64,000 nucleotides of DNA from a bacterium (GTDB taxonomy: Bacteria > SAR324 > NAC60-12): contig OZ242383.1 in assembly GCA_965209155.1 (NCBI GenBank), positions 2,112,001-2,176,000 on the forward strand. Reading direction: 5' to 3'. The notes under the pieces are model-generated. The model did not search any database. It saw nothing but the letters and a program-made list of their open reading frames with translations, and was not told where the DNA came from. Each line of letters opens with the position of its first letter. Within the stretch, counting starts at the first letter, position 1. The translations under genes were made by a program, and so were the position numbers. Shown one piece after another: positions 20,503 through 31,253 of the stretch.

Positions 20503-20572
20503 ATGACGATTTACAGGTTTGAGAATGCAATAGACCTTGATATTTTGTTTCGTGTCATGTCGGCATCGTGCT

Positions 20573-20962
20573 TCAGTCTCCGACCACCAACAACGATTGA
20601 TCTTCCAGAATTTTTCGATAGTAACAGGATTTGTAAGGAAAACCATTTACTTTTTTAGCATGGCAGGCTCCTTTGCCTTGCGGGGTGACGAGATAGAGGA
20701 GTGAATTTTGTTCACAATTGATGCGGATTTCACGGATTTTCAACATGTCTCCGGAAGTCACTCCCTTTTTCCAAATTTCCTGACGGCTACGGCTGTAATA
20801 GGTGGCATAACGGCTTTTGTAAGTTTCTTCAAACGCTTCTCGATTGACAAAAGACAAAATCAGCACTTCCCGGGTATCGTAGTCCTGAGTGACTACCGGA
20901 AGCAGGGCATTGCCATCCTTGCCAAAATCCAACATCAATTCATTGGTGTACTCTTTGTTCAT
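20573..20962 (-). CDS. hisI: Phosphoribosyl-AMP cyclohydrolase
   Basis: LLPVVTQD, YYSRSRQEIWKKG.TSG, ACH and SCYYR. Confidence 0.9.
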   Translation of the reverse strand: MNKEYTNELMLDFGKDGNALLPVVTQDYDTREVLILSFVNREAFEETYKSRYATYYSRSRQEIWKKGVTSGDMLKIREIRINCEQNSLLYLVTPQGKGACHAKKVNGFPYKSCYYRKILEDQSLLVVGD

Positions 20963-21031
20963 TTAATTTTCCTGATGCAATTTCCCGGATTATGATCCTA
21001 TGATTGTTGAAAGTTTGCTAATGAGCGTTTA

Positions 21032-22783
21032 TTATTTTTTAGGCAAGTAAAGATCAGTGATAGTGCCTTCAAAGGCTTCAGCCGACATGGCAATGGTTTC
21101 CGATAGGGTCGGATGAGGATGGACAGTTAAACCTATATCCTGCGCATCACATCCCATTTCAATAGCAAGCGCGACCTCGGCAATCAAGTCACCCGCATGG
21201 GGACCGACAATTCCGGCTCCGATCACTTGCTGAGTATTTTCATCAAAAATCAATTTAGTGAGACCTTCATCACGACCTAAACTCAACGATCGGCCACTGG
21301 CTGCCCAAGGGAAGACTCCTTTGCCGACTTTATAATCTTGCGCTTTGGCTTCTTTTTCCGTGAGGCCGACCCATGCTACTTCAGGATCCGTGTAGGCGAC
21401 GGAAGGGATAATTTTTGCCTCAAATCCACTCTTCATTCCTGCGACCGCTTCGGCAGCTACTTTACCTTCGTGGATTGCCTTGTGAGCGAGCATCGGTTCT
21501 CCAACGATGTCGCCAACGGCAAATATATGAGAAATATTGGTCCGCTGTTGGCGATCCACCGGTATGAAACCATGTTCATTCACGTACACCCCCGCTTTTT
21601 CTGCTGCGATCACATTACCATTGGGACGGCGACCAACGGCGACAAGCACCCGGTCGAATATTTCAGATTTCGGGTTTTTTTCTCCCTGTAAATCAACGCG
21701 AATCCCCTCAGGATGGGCTTCCATACGGACTACTTTGGTTTTCAAGTATATATTTTCATACTGTTTTTTGACTCGTCTGTACAAGGGTTTGACAATATCT
21801 TTGTCAGCTATCGGGATGAGGGAATCCATCTGCTCTACGACAGTGATCTGCGATCCCAATTCATAATAAACAGTCGCCATTTCCAGACCAATGATGCCTC
21901 CTCCTACGACAAGCAGTCGTTTGGGAATATCGGCGAGCTGCAAAGCGCCAGTAGAGCCATTTACTCGAGAATCATGGTATGGGAAACCAGGAATTTGCGC
22001 TGTTTGTGAACCGGCAGCGATAATGGCCTGGTCGAAGGAGATTGTTTTGTGTCCCCCCTCTGTTTCCACACTCAGTTGGTGAGAGGAGATAAAGCGCCCG
22101 GCTCCTTGGATGATCCGGATTTCACGCTGCCGGGCCAGAGCCGACAACCCACCTGTTAAGCGCTGAACTACGTCAGATTTCCAGGTCCTCAGTTTATCAA
22201 TGTTTATCTTTGAGAGGGTGAATTCAAGTCCATGCTCCTTCATTTCTTTACATTCCGCAATCACTTTTGCGGCATGTAAAAGAGATTTTGAAGGGATACA
22301 ACCAACATTCAAGCAGACGCCTCCCAAGGAGGAGTAACGCTCCACAAGCAGCGTTTTTTTACCCAGGTCTGCTGCTCGAAATGCTGCAGTGTAACCACCA
22401 GGACCGGAACCCAATACCAATACTTCAGTATTTAAATCAGCATTTCCCACCGATTGTGAAGGACTGGAGGCAGGAGCAATCGGTTTGTCGGGTAACGAGT
22501 CCAAGTGAGGACTTTCACTGGCTCGATCAAACGACGTAACGGGTGTAGTTAGAAGGGTGAGAATTTTAGCACCTTCTGAAACTTTGTCTCCCACTTGTAC
22601 ATGCACTTCCTGGATAATTCCACTTTCGGGAGAAGGGACATCCATGGTCGCTTTATCGCTTTCCAGCGTTATTAAGGAATTTTCCGCATCAATCTGATCG
22701 CCCTCGGAGACAAATACTTCAATGATTTCGATATTTTCGAAATCACCAATGTTTGGCACTTTGATTTCAATGATCTCGCTCAT
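21032..22783 (-). CDS. lpdA: Dihydrolipoamide dehydrogenase with N-terminal lipoyl domain
   Basis: LESDKATM, GSGPGGY, GGVCLNVGCIPSK and HPHPTLSE. Confidence 0.95.
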   Translation of the reverse strand: MSEIIEIKVPNIGDFENIEIIEVFVSEGDQIDAENSLITLESDKATMDVPSPESGIIQEVHVQVGDKVSEGAKILTLLTTPVTSFDRASESPHLDSLPDKPIAPASSPSQSVGNADLNTEVLVLGSGPGGYTAAFRAADLGKKTLLVERYSSLGGVCLNVGCIPSKSLLHAAKVIAECKEMKEHGLEFTLSKINIDKLRTWKSDVVQRLTGGLSALARQREIRIIQGAGRFISSHQLSVETEGGHKTISFDQAIIAAGSQTAQIPGFPYHDSRVNGSTGALQLADIPKRLLVVGGGIIGLEMATVYYELGSQITVVEQMDSLIPIADKDIVKPLYRRVKKQYENIYLKTKVVRMEAHPEGIRVDLQGEKNPKSEIFDRVLVAVGRRPNGNVIAAEKAGVYVNEHGFIPVDRQQRTNISHIFAVGDIVGEPMLAHKAIHEGKVAAEAVAGMKSGFEAKIIPSVAYTDPEVAWVGLTEKEAKAQDYKVGKGVFPWAASGRSLSLGRDEGLTKLIFDENTQQVIGAGIVGPHAGDLIAEVALAIEMGCDAQDIGLTVHPHPTLSETIAMSAEAFEGTITDLYLPKK

Positions 22784-22897
22784 GATTTCTCCTTCTACAA
22801 AATTCTCTGATTGATTGAATGGGGCACACTATTGTCATTTTTATTTACAGACTGCGAATACGCTCACGCTATACTCTGAACAGACGGGTGGTTACTT

Positions 22898-24250
22898 CTA
22901 AAGCAATAAGTTTCGAGGATCTGACAGGATTCCGGACAAGAAGGTGGTGAAGCGGGTAGCCGAGGCACCGTCGATGACACGATGGTCATAGGAAAGCGCC
23001 AATGGCAATATAAGACGTGGAATAAATTCACCGTTTTCATATACGGGTTTCATGGCTGATCGAGACACTCCTAATATCGCAACTTCCGGCGTATTGACTA
23101 TGGGAGTAAACGCTGTTCCCCCAATGCCCCCGAGACTGGAGATTGTGAAAGAAGCTCCTTGCAAATCCTCAGGATGCATTTTTTTTTCTCGAGCTCTCTT
23201 GCTGAGCGCATCCAATTCCTCGGCCAATTCAAACAATCCCTTGCCCTCAACGTTTCGCACAACCGGCACCACCAGTCCTTCCGTCGTATCCACTGCAATC
23301 CCGATATGGTAATACTTTTTTAAAATGAGATGTTCTCCATCGGAATCAAGAGAGGAATTGAAAACGGGAAATCGTTTCAACGCAGTGACGGAAGCCTTCA
23401 TCATGAATGAAAGCAGGGTGACGTTCACCCCTCGCAACTCCCCTTCGGCTTTGAGGTTTTTACGAAATGCTTCCAAAGTGGTGATATCAGCCTCATCGAA
23501 TTGAGTGACGTGGGGTACGTTGAGCCAACTGCGTTGCAGGTTGGCACCTGAAATTTTATTGATACGACTCAATGCCTGCCTTTCAATATCACCAAACTTG
23601 CTATAGTCAATTTGGGGAACAGACGGGATATCCATACCCCTACTTCTAATTCCCGCTTTTTTTTCAGAGCTTGGAAGGGATAGTTCTCCTTTGACGAATT
23701 CCTGTACGTCTTCTTTGAGAATGCGACCTTTAGCACCCGATCCGGGCAAGCCATGCAAGTCCACTCCCAATTCACGGGCAAAACGACGCACCGATGGACT
23801 GGCATGGACTTCCGACGAATCCACTTCGACTGCGGGTGCTGGAAGTGTTGTGGTATGTTGTAAAGGTGCCTCTAATTGTGAAGCGCTTGTTGTCGGGGAT
23901 ACTGAGGGTGGAACAGTAGATTGCCGGATCGGTGTTTCGACCGGAGGAGAGACGGGTAATTTCATTCCAGGCTGCTTCACGCCATCGGGAGTGGGAAGTG
24001 CCGGCATCACCATTTCCCCTTCCTCGATGACGGCAATCAGCGACCCTTCTGAAACATTGTCCCCCACCCTGACTTTCATTTCTTCAATGGTTCCACTGAC
24101 CGGGGAGGGAACTTCCATCGTTGCCTTGTCACTTTCCAGAGTAATCAGGGAGTCTTCTTCATTGACTTGATCCCCGGAGGAAACGAGCACTTCAATAACC
24201 TCCACTTCCTGAAAATCTCCGATATCCGGTAAAAACACTTCTCTTGACAT
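22898..24250 (-). CDS. aceF: Pyruvate dehydrogenase E2, dihydrolipoamide acetyltransferase
   Basis: Lipoyl motif ESDKATM, HASPSVRRFARELG and SYDHRVIDGA. Confidence 0.95.
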   Translation of the reverse strand: MSREVFLPDIGDFQEVEVIEVLVSSGDQVNEEDSLITLESDKATMEVPSPVSGTIEEMKVRVGDNVSEGSLIAVIEEGEMVMPALPTPDGVKQPGMKLPVSPPVETPIRQSTVPPSVSPTTSASQLEAPLQHTTTLPAPAVEVDSSEVHASPSVRRFARELGVDLHGLPGSGAKGRILKEDVQEFVKGELSLPSSEKKAGIRSRGMDIPSVPQIDYSKFGDIERQALSRINKISGANLQRSWLNVPHVTQFDEADITTLEAFRKNLKAEGELRGVNVTLLSFMMKASVTALKRFPVFNSSLDSDGEHLILKKYYHIGIAVDTTEGLVVPVVRNVEGKGLFELAEELDALSKRAREKKMHPEDLQGASFTISSLGGIGGTAFTPIVNTPEVAILGVSRSAMKPVYENGEFIPRLILPLALSYDHRVIDGASATRFTTFLSGILSDPRNLLL

Positions 24251-24278
24251 GCTTCATACTCCCTGTGTTCGTTACTGC

Positions 24279-26948
24279 CTATACTGTTGCTGGATAAGGC
24301 TTTTCCACATCAATACTATACTTTTTTATGGCTTCCACAACTTTTTCCGGGGGAACCGATCCTTCATCCGCTAAGGCTTTCAAAGTTGCCAGCGCGACGT
24401 AGTAGCGGTTCACTTCAAAAAACTGTCGTAATTTGACACGGGTATCACTTCGACCAAATCCGTCGGTTCCCAGAACCAGAAAACGTTGGGGAACATTTGC
24501 GCGGATTTGATTGGCATAATTTCTCATGTAATCGGTTGCTGCCACGACCACTCCTTTATGATGCGCGAGACACTTTGTGACGTAGCTGATTTTTGGTTTT
24601 TCCTCAGGGTGCAACATGTTCCAGCGTTGTACCTGGTCTCCCTCCCGTGCCAATTCATTGAAGCTGGTGACACTCCAGATATCAGCAGACACTCTGAAGT
24701 CCTGTTCCAGCAAATCCGCTGCAGCAATCACTTCACGTAAGATCGTACCACTGCCCAGTAATTGTACTTCGCTTTTCCTGTCCTCAGTCCGGCTTTGTCG
24801 TAACAAATACATGCCCTTGCGGATTCCTTCTTCACAACCTTTCGGCATTTGTGGATGCGTATAATTTTCATTCATGACCGTGATGTAATAATAGATGTTT
24901 TCATGTTCCCGGAACATCCGGCGTAATCCATCTTGGATGATAACGGCCAATTCATAGGCGAAAGCAGGATCATATGAAATACAATTGGGGATGGTGGAAG
25001 CAAGAATATGGCTATGACCGTCTTGATGTTGCAATCCTTCTCCCGCCAGCGTCGTCCGTCCGGCAGTGCCTCCCAGGAGAAACCCCCGCGCTTGCATGTC
25101 ACCGGCGGCCCAAGCGAGATCTCCAATGCGTTGCATACCAAACATGGAATAATATATATAAAATGGAATCATATTCATGCCATGATTGCTGTATGCGGTA
25201 CCAGCGGCCATCCATGATGAGAATGCCCCGGCTTCGGTGATCCCTTCCTGGAGAACCTGGCCTTTTTTGTCTTCTTTGTAATACATCAAATGGTCCGCGT
25301 CTTCCGGACTATATAGTTGCCCTTTTGGAGAATAAATTCCCAATTGACGGAACATTCCCTCCATGCCGAAAGTGCGGGATTCATCGGGTACGATGGGAAC
25401 CACGTAGCGTCCGATTTTTTTATCCCGAGCCAGCGTATTGAGAATACGGACAAAGGCCATGGTGGTTGATATTTCTCGTTCACCCGTACCTTTGAGTTGC
25501 GTATCAAAGGCTTGCAGATCTGGAATTTCCAGGGGCGAACTCACAGTATTTCGTGTCGGGAAAACGCCTCCTAAGGCTTCGCGACGCTCTTTGAGGTATC
25601 GGATTTCCGGGCTGTTTTCGGCAGGTCGATAGAAGGGCGCTTCCTTGATTTCCTGGTCGGAAATGGGAATGCTGAATCGATCACGGAATTTTTTCAAAGC
25701 ATCCTCTCCCATCTTCTTTTGCTGGTGGGTGACGTTTTGTCCTTCTCCGGATTCACCCATGCCATATCCTTTCACCGTCTTTGCCAGAATCACGGTGGGC
25801 TGACCTTTGTGTTTAATGGCAGCCGCATAAGCGGCATAGACTTTATGAGGATCATGCCCTCCCCGGTTCAGTCGCCAAATGTCCTCATCGCTCATGTTGG
25901 AGACCATTTCTGACAATTCCGGGTATTTGCCGAAAAAATTCTCTCGCGTGTAGGCGCCCCCCTTGGCTTTAAATGCCTGGTATTCGCCATCCACGGCCTC
26001 TTCCATGCGTTTACGCAGCAATCCTTTGGTGTCACGTGCCAGCAGTGGGTCCCAGTAACTGCCCCAAATCACCTTAATCACGTTCCATCCCGCCCCTCGG
26101 AAGATACCTTCCAACTCTTGAATAATTTTTCCGTTGCCCCTTACCGGACCATCCAGACGTTGTAAATTACAGTTGATCACAAAAATCAGGTTGTCCAATT
26201 CCTCTCGTCCTGCCAACGAGATGGCTCCCAAGGATTCGGGTTCATCGGTTTCTCCGTCTCCGACAAATGCCCAGACTTTACGCCCCTCCGTTTTCAACAG
26301 ACTTCGGTTTTGCAAGTATTTCATGAAGCGTGCTTGATAAATAGCCATGATGGGGCCCAATCCCATGGAAACCGTGGGGAATTGCCAAAAATCCGGCATG
26401 AGCCAGGGATGGGGATAGGAAGAAAGTCCCGAACCACCTGTTTCCTGTCTGAATTTTATCAAATCTTCTTCACTCAATCGTCCTTCCAGGAAACAACGGG
26501 CATACATCCCAGGTGTGGAGTGTCCCTGAAAAAATACCAGGTCTCCTCCATGGTTCTCACCAGGCGCATGCCAGAAATGGTTCATTCCGATATCATATAA
26601 AGTTGCTGAGGAAGCGAAACTGGCAATATGGCCCCCGAGTTCCGTGGTGATGCGATTAGCCCGCACCACCATTGCCAAAGCGTTCCAGCGTACATAGGAA
26701 CGAATCCTCCACTCCAATTCCATGTTACCCGGACTCCGTTCTTCCTGGTTTGGAGGGATCGTGTTCAGGTAAGCGGTATTGGGATCATAGGATAAATGCG
26801 CCCCGGAACGTCTTGCCTCGTCAATGAGCCTTTCCAACAAATAGTGCGTGCGATCTATACCGGCATGCTGAATTACTCCACGGAGGGCTTCTAACCATTC
26901 ACGGGTTTCAGTGGGATCTATATCGATTTGTTCAAGGTCGTCGCTCAT
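24279..26948 (-). CDS. aceE: Pyruvate dehydrogenase E1 (homodimeric type)
   Basis: GGHIASFASSA, QFPTVSMGLG, GDGETDEPES and GEGLQHQDG. Confidence 0.96.
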   Translation of the reverse strand: MSDDLEQIDIDPTETREWLEALRGVIQHAGIDRTHYLLERLIDEARRSGAHLSYDPNTAYLNTIPPNQEERSPGNMELEWRIRSYVRWNALAMVVRANRITTELGGHIASFASSATLYDIGMNHFWHAPGENHGGDLVFFQGHSTPGMYARCFLEGRLSEEDLIKFRQETGGSGLSSYPHPWLMPDFWQFPTVSMGLGPIMAIYQARFMKYLQNRSLLKTEGRKVWAFVGDGETDEPESLGAISLAGREELDNLIFVINCNLQRLDGPVRGNGKIIQELEGIFRGAGWNVIKVIWGSYWDPLLARDTKGLLRKRMEEAVDGEYQAFKAKGGAYTRENFFGKYPELSEMVSNMSDEDIWRLNRGGHDPHKVYAAYAAAIKHKGQPTVILAKTVKGYGMGESGEGQNVTHQQKKMGEDALKKFRDRFSIPISDQEIKEAPFYRPAENSPEIRYLKERREALGGVFPTRNTVSSPLEIPDLQAFDTQLKGTGEREISTTMAFVRILNTLARDKKIGRYVVPIVPDESRTFGMEGMFRQLGIYSPKGQLYSPEDADHLMYYKEDKKGQVLQEGITEAGAFSSWMAAGTAYSNHGMNMIPFYIYYSMFGMQRIGDLAWAAGDMQARGFLLGGTAGRTTLAGEGLQHQDGHSHILASTIPNCISYDPAFAYELAVIIQDGLRRMFREHENIYYYITVMNENYTHPQMPKGCEEGIRKGMYLLRQSRTEDRKSEVQLLGSGTILREVIAAADLLEQDFRVSADIWSVTSFNELAREGDQVQRWNMLHPEEKPKISYVTKCLAHHKGVVVAATDYMRNYANQIRANVPQRFLVLGTDGFGRSDTRVKLRQFFEVNRYYVALATLKALADEGSVPPEKVVEAIKKYSIDVEKPYPATV

Positions 26949-27129
26949 TTCACCTCCTCTCGATTGTGTTCGAACCTGATTTCCTTCTCATAGTATAGCC
27001 TCCTGCATCACTTTTTAAAAAGACTAAATGTCCATATCACATTTCGGACTGGTTGAAAAGTTTTCAAAATGTATAATTCCGAAAAATAATAGGACGAAGC
27101 AAATGATACCAGGATGACCGTGATGCGCT

Positions 27130-27245
27130 GGAGCATTGCTGGTAGGCAAGGCATTGCGCACCACACTATCCTGGATGGCATCAGCCAGAATGGGATCATC
27201 AATGAACCGATACCATTTTTCCACAAAAAATTGTTATTAGAGAAG
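27130..27245 (-). pseudogene. istB: IS21-family IstB C-terminal remnant
   Basis: VEKWYRFIDDPILADAIQDSVVRNA resembles IstB V..W...I.DPT.ADAILDRLVHNA; upstream part is broken. Confidence 0.6.
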
Positions 27246-27254
27246 ATTTAAAGG

Positions 27255-27613
27255 CAATGAGCGCTTGATAGAGGTGGTCAACCTTTCACTCAACACCCCG
27301 AAGGCCGGGGAAGGTGGCTCGATCATCGAGCTTTTTTTTGGTCGACCCGGACGCACCGGCCAATCCCGATTACAAGGAACCTGCCCTGGAGCAAACCGGC
27401 TTTCGGCTCCTCGCACACGAAGTTGACGACGATGAGATGGACGAAGCGATTGCCTGTCTCGAGCGTAAAGGCATCGCAATCCATTCGGCGCACCCGACCA
27501 ATCCGGCCCGCTGGTTCAGGGACCCCGACGGGAACCAGACCGTCGTCTTCCCCCTCCAGCGGTTATCAGATGTACAAGAGACTGGACGAAACCAATTAGA
27601 GGAGTTTCTGTGA
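27255..27613 (+). pseudogene. VOC/glyoxalase-family gene fragment
   Basis: GFRLLAHEVDD...L...G...WFRDPDGN; frameshift at T8 (27332-27339); 5' part missing. Confidence 0.55.
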
Positions 27614-27621
27614 CAGGGACA

Positions 27622-27990
27622 ATGGAACAACGCCCCTTCGGGCGTACAGGGGAGACGGTCAGCCTCATCGGGCTGGGTGGCGCCGCGCTCCATAAGCACA
27701 GCTATCAGCACGGGCTGGCCACCGTCAAACATGCGCTGGATCTGGGGATCAGCTATTTTGATACCTCTCCTGGGTATGGCATCGGGGGCCCTGAGGGGAA
27801 GTGGATCAGCCGGGGGAGTCGCAGCGCATTGTGGGTGAGGGGCTCAAGGGGACGAGCAAGCCGCACCTGCTGGCCACGAAGATCAATGCCTGGCAGGCTT
27901 CCAATCATCCGGGCAAAGGTGTCTTCAACGGAGCGCTCTTCCAGGATGTGCGCCTCCTCGAGTTGGCCCGGAAAATCCGGGGACAGTTAC
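27622..27990 (+). pseudogene. Aldo/keto reductase N-terminal fragment
   Basis: MEQRPFGRTG..VSLIGLGG and ALDLGISYFDTSPGYG, then a frameshift at G5 (27812-27816) to SQRIVGEGL..LATK; truncated. Confidence 0.75.
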
Positions 27991-28162
27991 CGATATTTAA
28001 TAAGAAATAGGTCACTCATTTGAGGAATTTCCAAGAAAAAAAACTCTTTCCCGTCCACAAATCAGGGTAACCCATTTATGTGTAGTCCTCAGGATTCAAC
28101 GCTACAATTTTTTATAAACGCACCATTTATTTCAAGAGTTGGAGTCTTTTCTTCAAATTGGA

Positions 28163-28447
28163 TCAAAGGAACGCTCCAGTCACTTTTTTTCCATTGGATG
28201 TTTTTTTACCGGGAGCATTTCGACAATAAGAAACAAAATCACTCACGCTGGGAATCGACGAATCTCTCCTAAACTTCGATTCTACCACCGTTCCTGTTAA
28301 ATCTTTTTTGTAGGGAGACAGAGCCAGTAAAACCGCTCTCAGATTATTCTCTAATTTAACTTCAAGTAGCCGCTTATCTGACTCATCAATGATACAAAGG
28401 TAATTATTGTTTGAATGTAAATCAATTCCTGCATATAATTTTCCCAT
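28163..28447 (-). pseudogene. Internally deleted IS110-family recombinase
   Basis: N-terminal DEDD start YAGIDLHSNNNY...VVES joined to a C-terminal piece PSVSDFVSYCR...SNGKK. Confidence 0.75.
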
Positions 28448-28534
28448 GAGGCATCTCCTGGTTATGGTAAAAATAATAATTGGTGAAAAATTAATATTAC
28501 CATAATCCGAGACGATGTCTCACCTCCTGCTAGA

Positions 28535-28868
28535 TGTTTATCAGGTCGGGATTAAGGCACGGATTAAGGTTGTGGAATCCGCCGTCTACTCGTCGATGAT
28601 CGTCGAAGGAAAGCACCAGTCCATGATTTCCAGCGATTGGTGGAACAGTCAGCATCCCCTGATTTCTTTCACCTACTTTTACGACCAAAAAATTGTGTAC
28701 AACTATTCCCGCTTGAATGACGAGCATTTTGTATATGTCTTTGATCAGCTGAAGAAAACCCTGGATCGTGAGGAGTCTGTCAAGACTTTCAGGGAGCTCA
28801 TTCTCTACACAATGGAACAAAGCTATATGATTGCCGGGGCTCCTGAGGCGGACCTGATTTACTGGTAA
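28535..28868 (+). pseudogene. C-terminal fragment of a family-5 peptide ABC substrate-binding protein
   Basis: QVGIKARIKVVE...YNYSRLND...LDREE pattern; lies just upstream of a dppB remnant. Confidence 0.5.
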
Positions 28869-29118
28869 CCTTGGATAAAAAACTATCATGGCGCACCGAA
28901 TCTACGGTATAGCCGGTGGCATGGGATCAGCAAGTTCAACTGGGTTGACCAAGACGTAAAGGAAAAGCACACCGGAAGTCGTGGTTAAGACAGGGGAGGA
29001 AGGAAAATTTTCTCCTGAAAATCTCCCCTGGCCGTTCCACATCGGCTGCTGTCGAGTAGGAGTTTGAAGGGGGGACAGGGATTTTCCTCCAACAACCTTT
29101 GCTGAAGAGAAGGGAATC

Positions 29119-29553
29119 ATGGTTACTTACTTATTCAGAAGATTATTACTGGTGATCCCCACTTTTCTCATAGTGACCTCCATCGTCTTCTTCACCATGC
29201 GCTTGACCTGCACCATGATGCTGGAGGTGCCCCGGCAGGACTATATCCGGACCACATGGGCCAAGGGACTCAGGGAACGATTGGTTACGATGCGGCACGT
29301 GTTGAAGAATACGCTGATCCCGGTGGTCACGATGGTCGGGCTTCAGTTGCCTGTCATGATTGGGGGAGCTGTGTTAGTGGAACTCATTTTTGGTCTGCCC
29401 GGAGTGGGGATGCTTCTGGTGAAATCGCTTAATACCAGAGACTATACAATCGTCTCTGGAGTCAATCTGTTTATGGCGGCCTTTGTGTTAGTCACAAATT
29501 TATTCGTAGACATCAGCTACGCCTGGCTGGACCCTCGGATCCGGTATAAATAA
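29119..29553 (+). pseudogene. DppB-like permease with a large in-frame internal deletion
   Basis: MVTYLFRRLLLVIPT...FFT joined directly to MRLTCTMMLEV.RQDYIRT...LDPRIRY; about 190 aa missing relative to the paralog at 35607. Confidence 0.8.
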
Positions 29554-29646
29554 ACAGTGAGTCCAATGATCCAAGTTCAATGTAAATACGGAAAAATGGA
29601 AGTACGAACCGAGCAACTAGAGGTGGTCGCCATGATGGGCTGAAGA

Positions 29647-30147
29647 TCACGAAGGAAAACTGAACCGGGTCGCGTTCTCGAATACGCCGGTCCACACCAA
29701 TACCGTTTTTGGTGTGAGGACGCAGACATCCTCCCGGAAGTCGGCAGCAGTCTGATTGAATTTGTACTTTGCATTGGAAGCGTCGGCCACACGGGAAGCG
29801 AGTTCGGCAGCAAGTCCGGTCACCACCACGACACCCTCTACGATGACCGGACTCGTCGTGTTATCCAGGGTCAGGCAGGCTTTTGGATTCACTGTTAGGT
29901 TACGACGCCAGCGGACGTTCGGGTGACCTCCAAAGTAGAAGACATCGTCTACCCATATTCCGTCTATGGGGCGAGCAATAGGCACTGCGTTGCTGTCAGC
30001 GGTGGAAATCCAATAATTTATTGCGGCAGCAAGGCGACTGCTGACCGACTGCCATTCCATGAGCGGTGTGTCTTCGTTCAGCCCATAGTCGGCCGGCAAC
30101 TTAATGCGGGCGGCCAAGATTTCATTTGACTGGCATAATTTGTACAC
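29647..30147 (-). CDS. Pyridoxamine 5'-phosphate oxidase-like (split-barrel) protein
   Basis: YWISTAD....P.ARPIDGIW...FYF...RNL..NP; start uncertain. Confidence 0.7.
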   Translation of the reverse strand: MYKLCQSNEILAARIKLPADYGLNEDTPLMEWQSVSSRLAAAINYWISTADSNAVPIARPIDGIWVDDVFYFGGHPNVRWRRNLTVNPKACLTLDNTTSPVIVEGVVVVTGLAAELASRVADASNAKYKFNQTAADFREDVCVLTPKTVLVWTGVFENATRFSFPS

Positions 30148-30296
30148 CTCTATTCATTCTGAAATGTATGGAACATGTCTACCTCATATCAACTGCATCC
30201 TTGACTGTAGCATTCCACTTGTCTTTGTAAGACCCACAACACAGCGTATTCCACTCCGTTCGATCTCCGATTCCACCAATCTTCGATTACTGAACC

Positions 30297-30350
30297 CCGA
30301 CCTTGTTGCTATTGAGTGTCCTCGTCATTCTCTCAGTGCGCTTCATCCCC
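30297..30350 (+). pseudogene. 5' fragment of a third dppB copy
   Basis: PTLLLLSVLVILSVRFIP versus intact PTLFILTILVFLSVRFIP; DNA ctctc(a/g)gtgcgcttcatcccc. Confidence 0.65.
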
Positions 30351-30363
30351 AATTCCGACAATA

Positions 30364-31253
30364 CTATTGAGGATCAGTGTGTTTATTTTGAAGCAAGGCG
30401 CGTAAATGTTTGATCTCTTCGAGGGCTTGTTCCTTTGTTGTCTCTCCTGTTCTTCTCTTTTCAAGGCCTGCTCTTTTTGTTGTCTCTCCTGTTCTTTTTG
30501 TTGCCGTTCCTGCTTTTCTCTTTTCAAGGCTTGCTCTTTTTGTTGCCGCTCTTCTTGGAGAGATTTTAAGAGATAGGGTTGGTAGAGCGGATCATTCATC
30601 AGGGTCTTGAACGGGGTCTGGGCCTCCAAGTCTTGGCGCCGAAAAGAAAAACGGTCCAAAACGGTGGACTGAATCAGGCCCTCTTCTGCCAAATCCAAAC
30701 GTTGATAGGTGCCTGCTTCATGGAGTCGATAAAAACATGTATGTTTTCCCACACGATCTAAAATATAATATTCGGGGACTCCCCCTTTGGCGTATTCTTC
30801 TTTTTTGTGGACGGTATCCCGTTTCACCTCCACGGGAGTCGAGTCGGATAAAAACTCGATACAGAGGTCACACACTCCTTGAAACGAACGATCCAACGGT
30901 TTGGCCTCGACTGGATTGGAGTGGAGAATCACGGCCAAATCCGGTTTGCGAATGCTCACTTCGTTGTCTCCCAACTCCAAACGAAAGCCCATTTCCAATA
31001 CCATCATCCGTCCAATGGGGAAGACAGTCAAATACTCTTCTAATAAGCGGAAGAACCATTGATAGCAAGAGATGCTTAAAAAATCCGGCATGGGCTTTTC
31101 CTCCAAGAGTCCTTTGTTCCACTCATATTGACACTCCGGGTGTTCATAATACGCCTGCCAATACTCTGCCTCACTCACCCTGAATGGTTCCCTGGGAGAG
31201 GGAGGCACCCGTGTGTGAGAGGTGTGATTTTTGACGGATTCCAAAGCTTTCAT
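30364..31253 (-). CDS. Uma2/DUF820 PD-(D/E)XK endonuclease with QERQQKEQ repeat tail (1-bp frameshift near the 3' end)
   Basis: RKPDLAV, DLCIEFLSDST...RD...KKEEYA.GGVPEYYILD; adding one A near 30434 restores ...QKEQALEEIKHLRALLQNKHTDPQ*. Confidence 0.85.

Noticed and set aside
27332..27816. Homopolymer frameshifts (also near 30434 and 50572) as programmed recoding
   Set aside because: Most lie in genes that are truncated anyway and cannot be told apart from sequencing indels without reads
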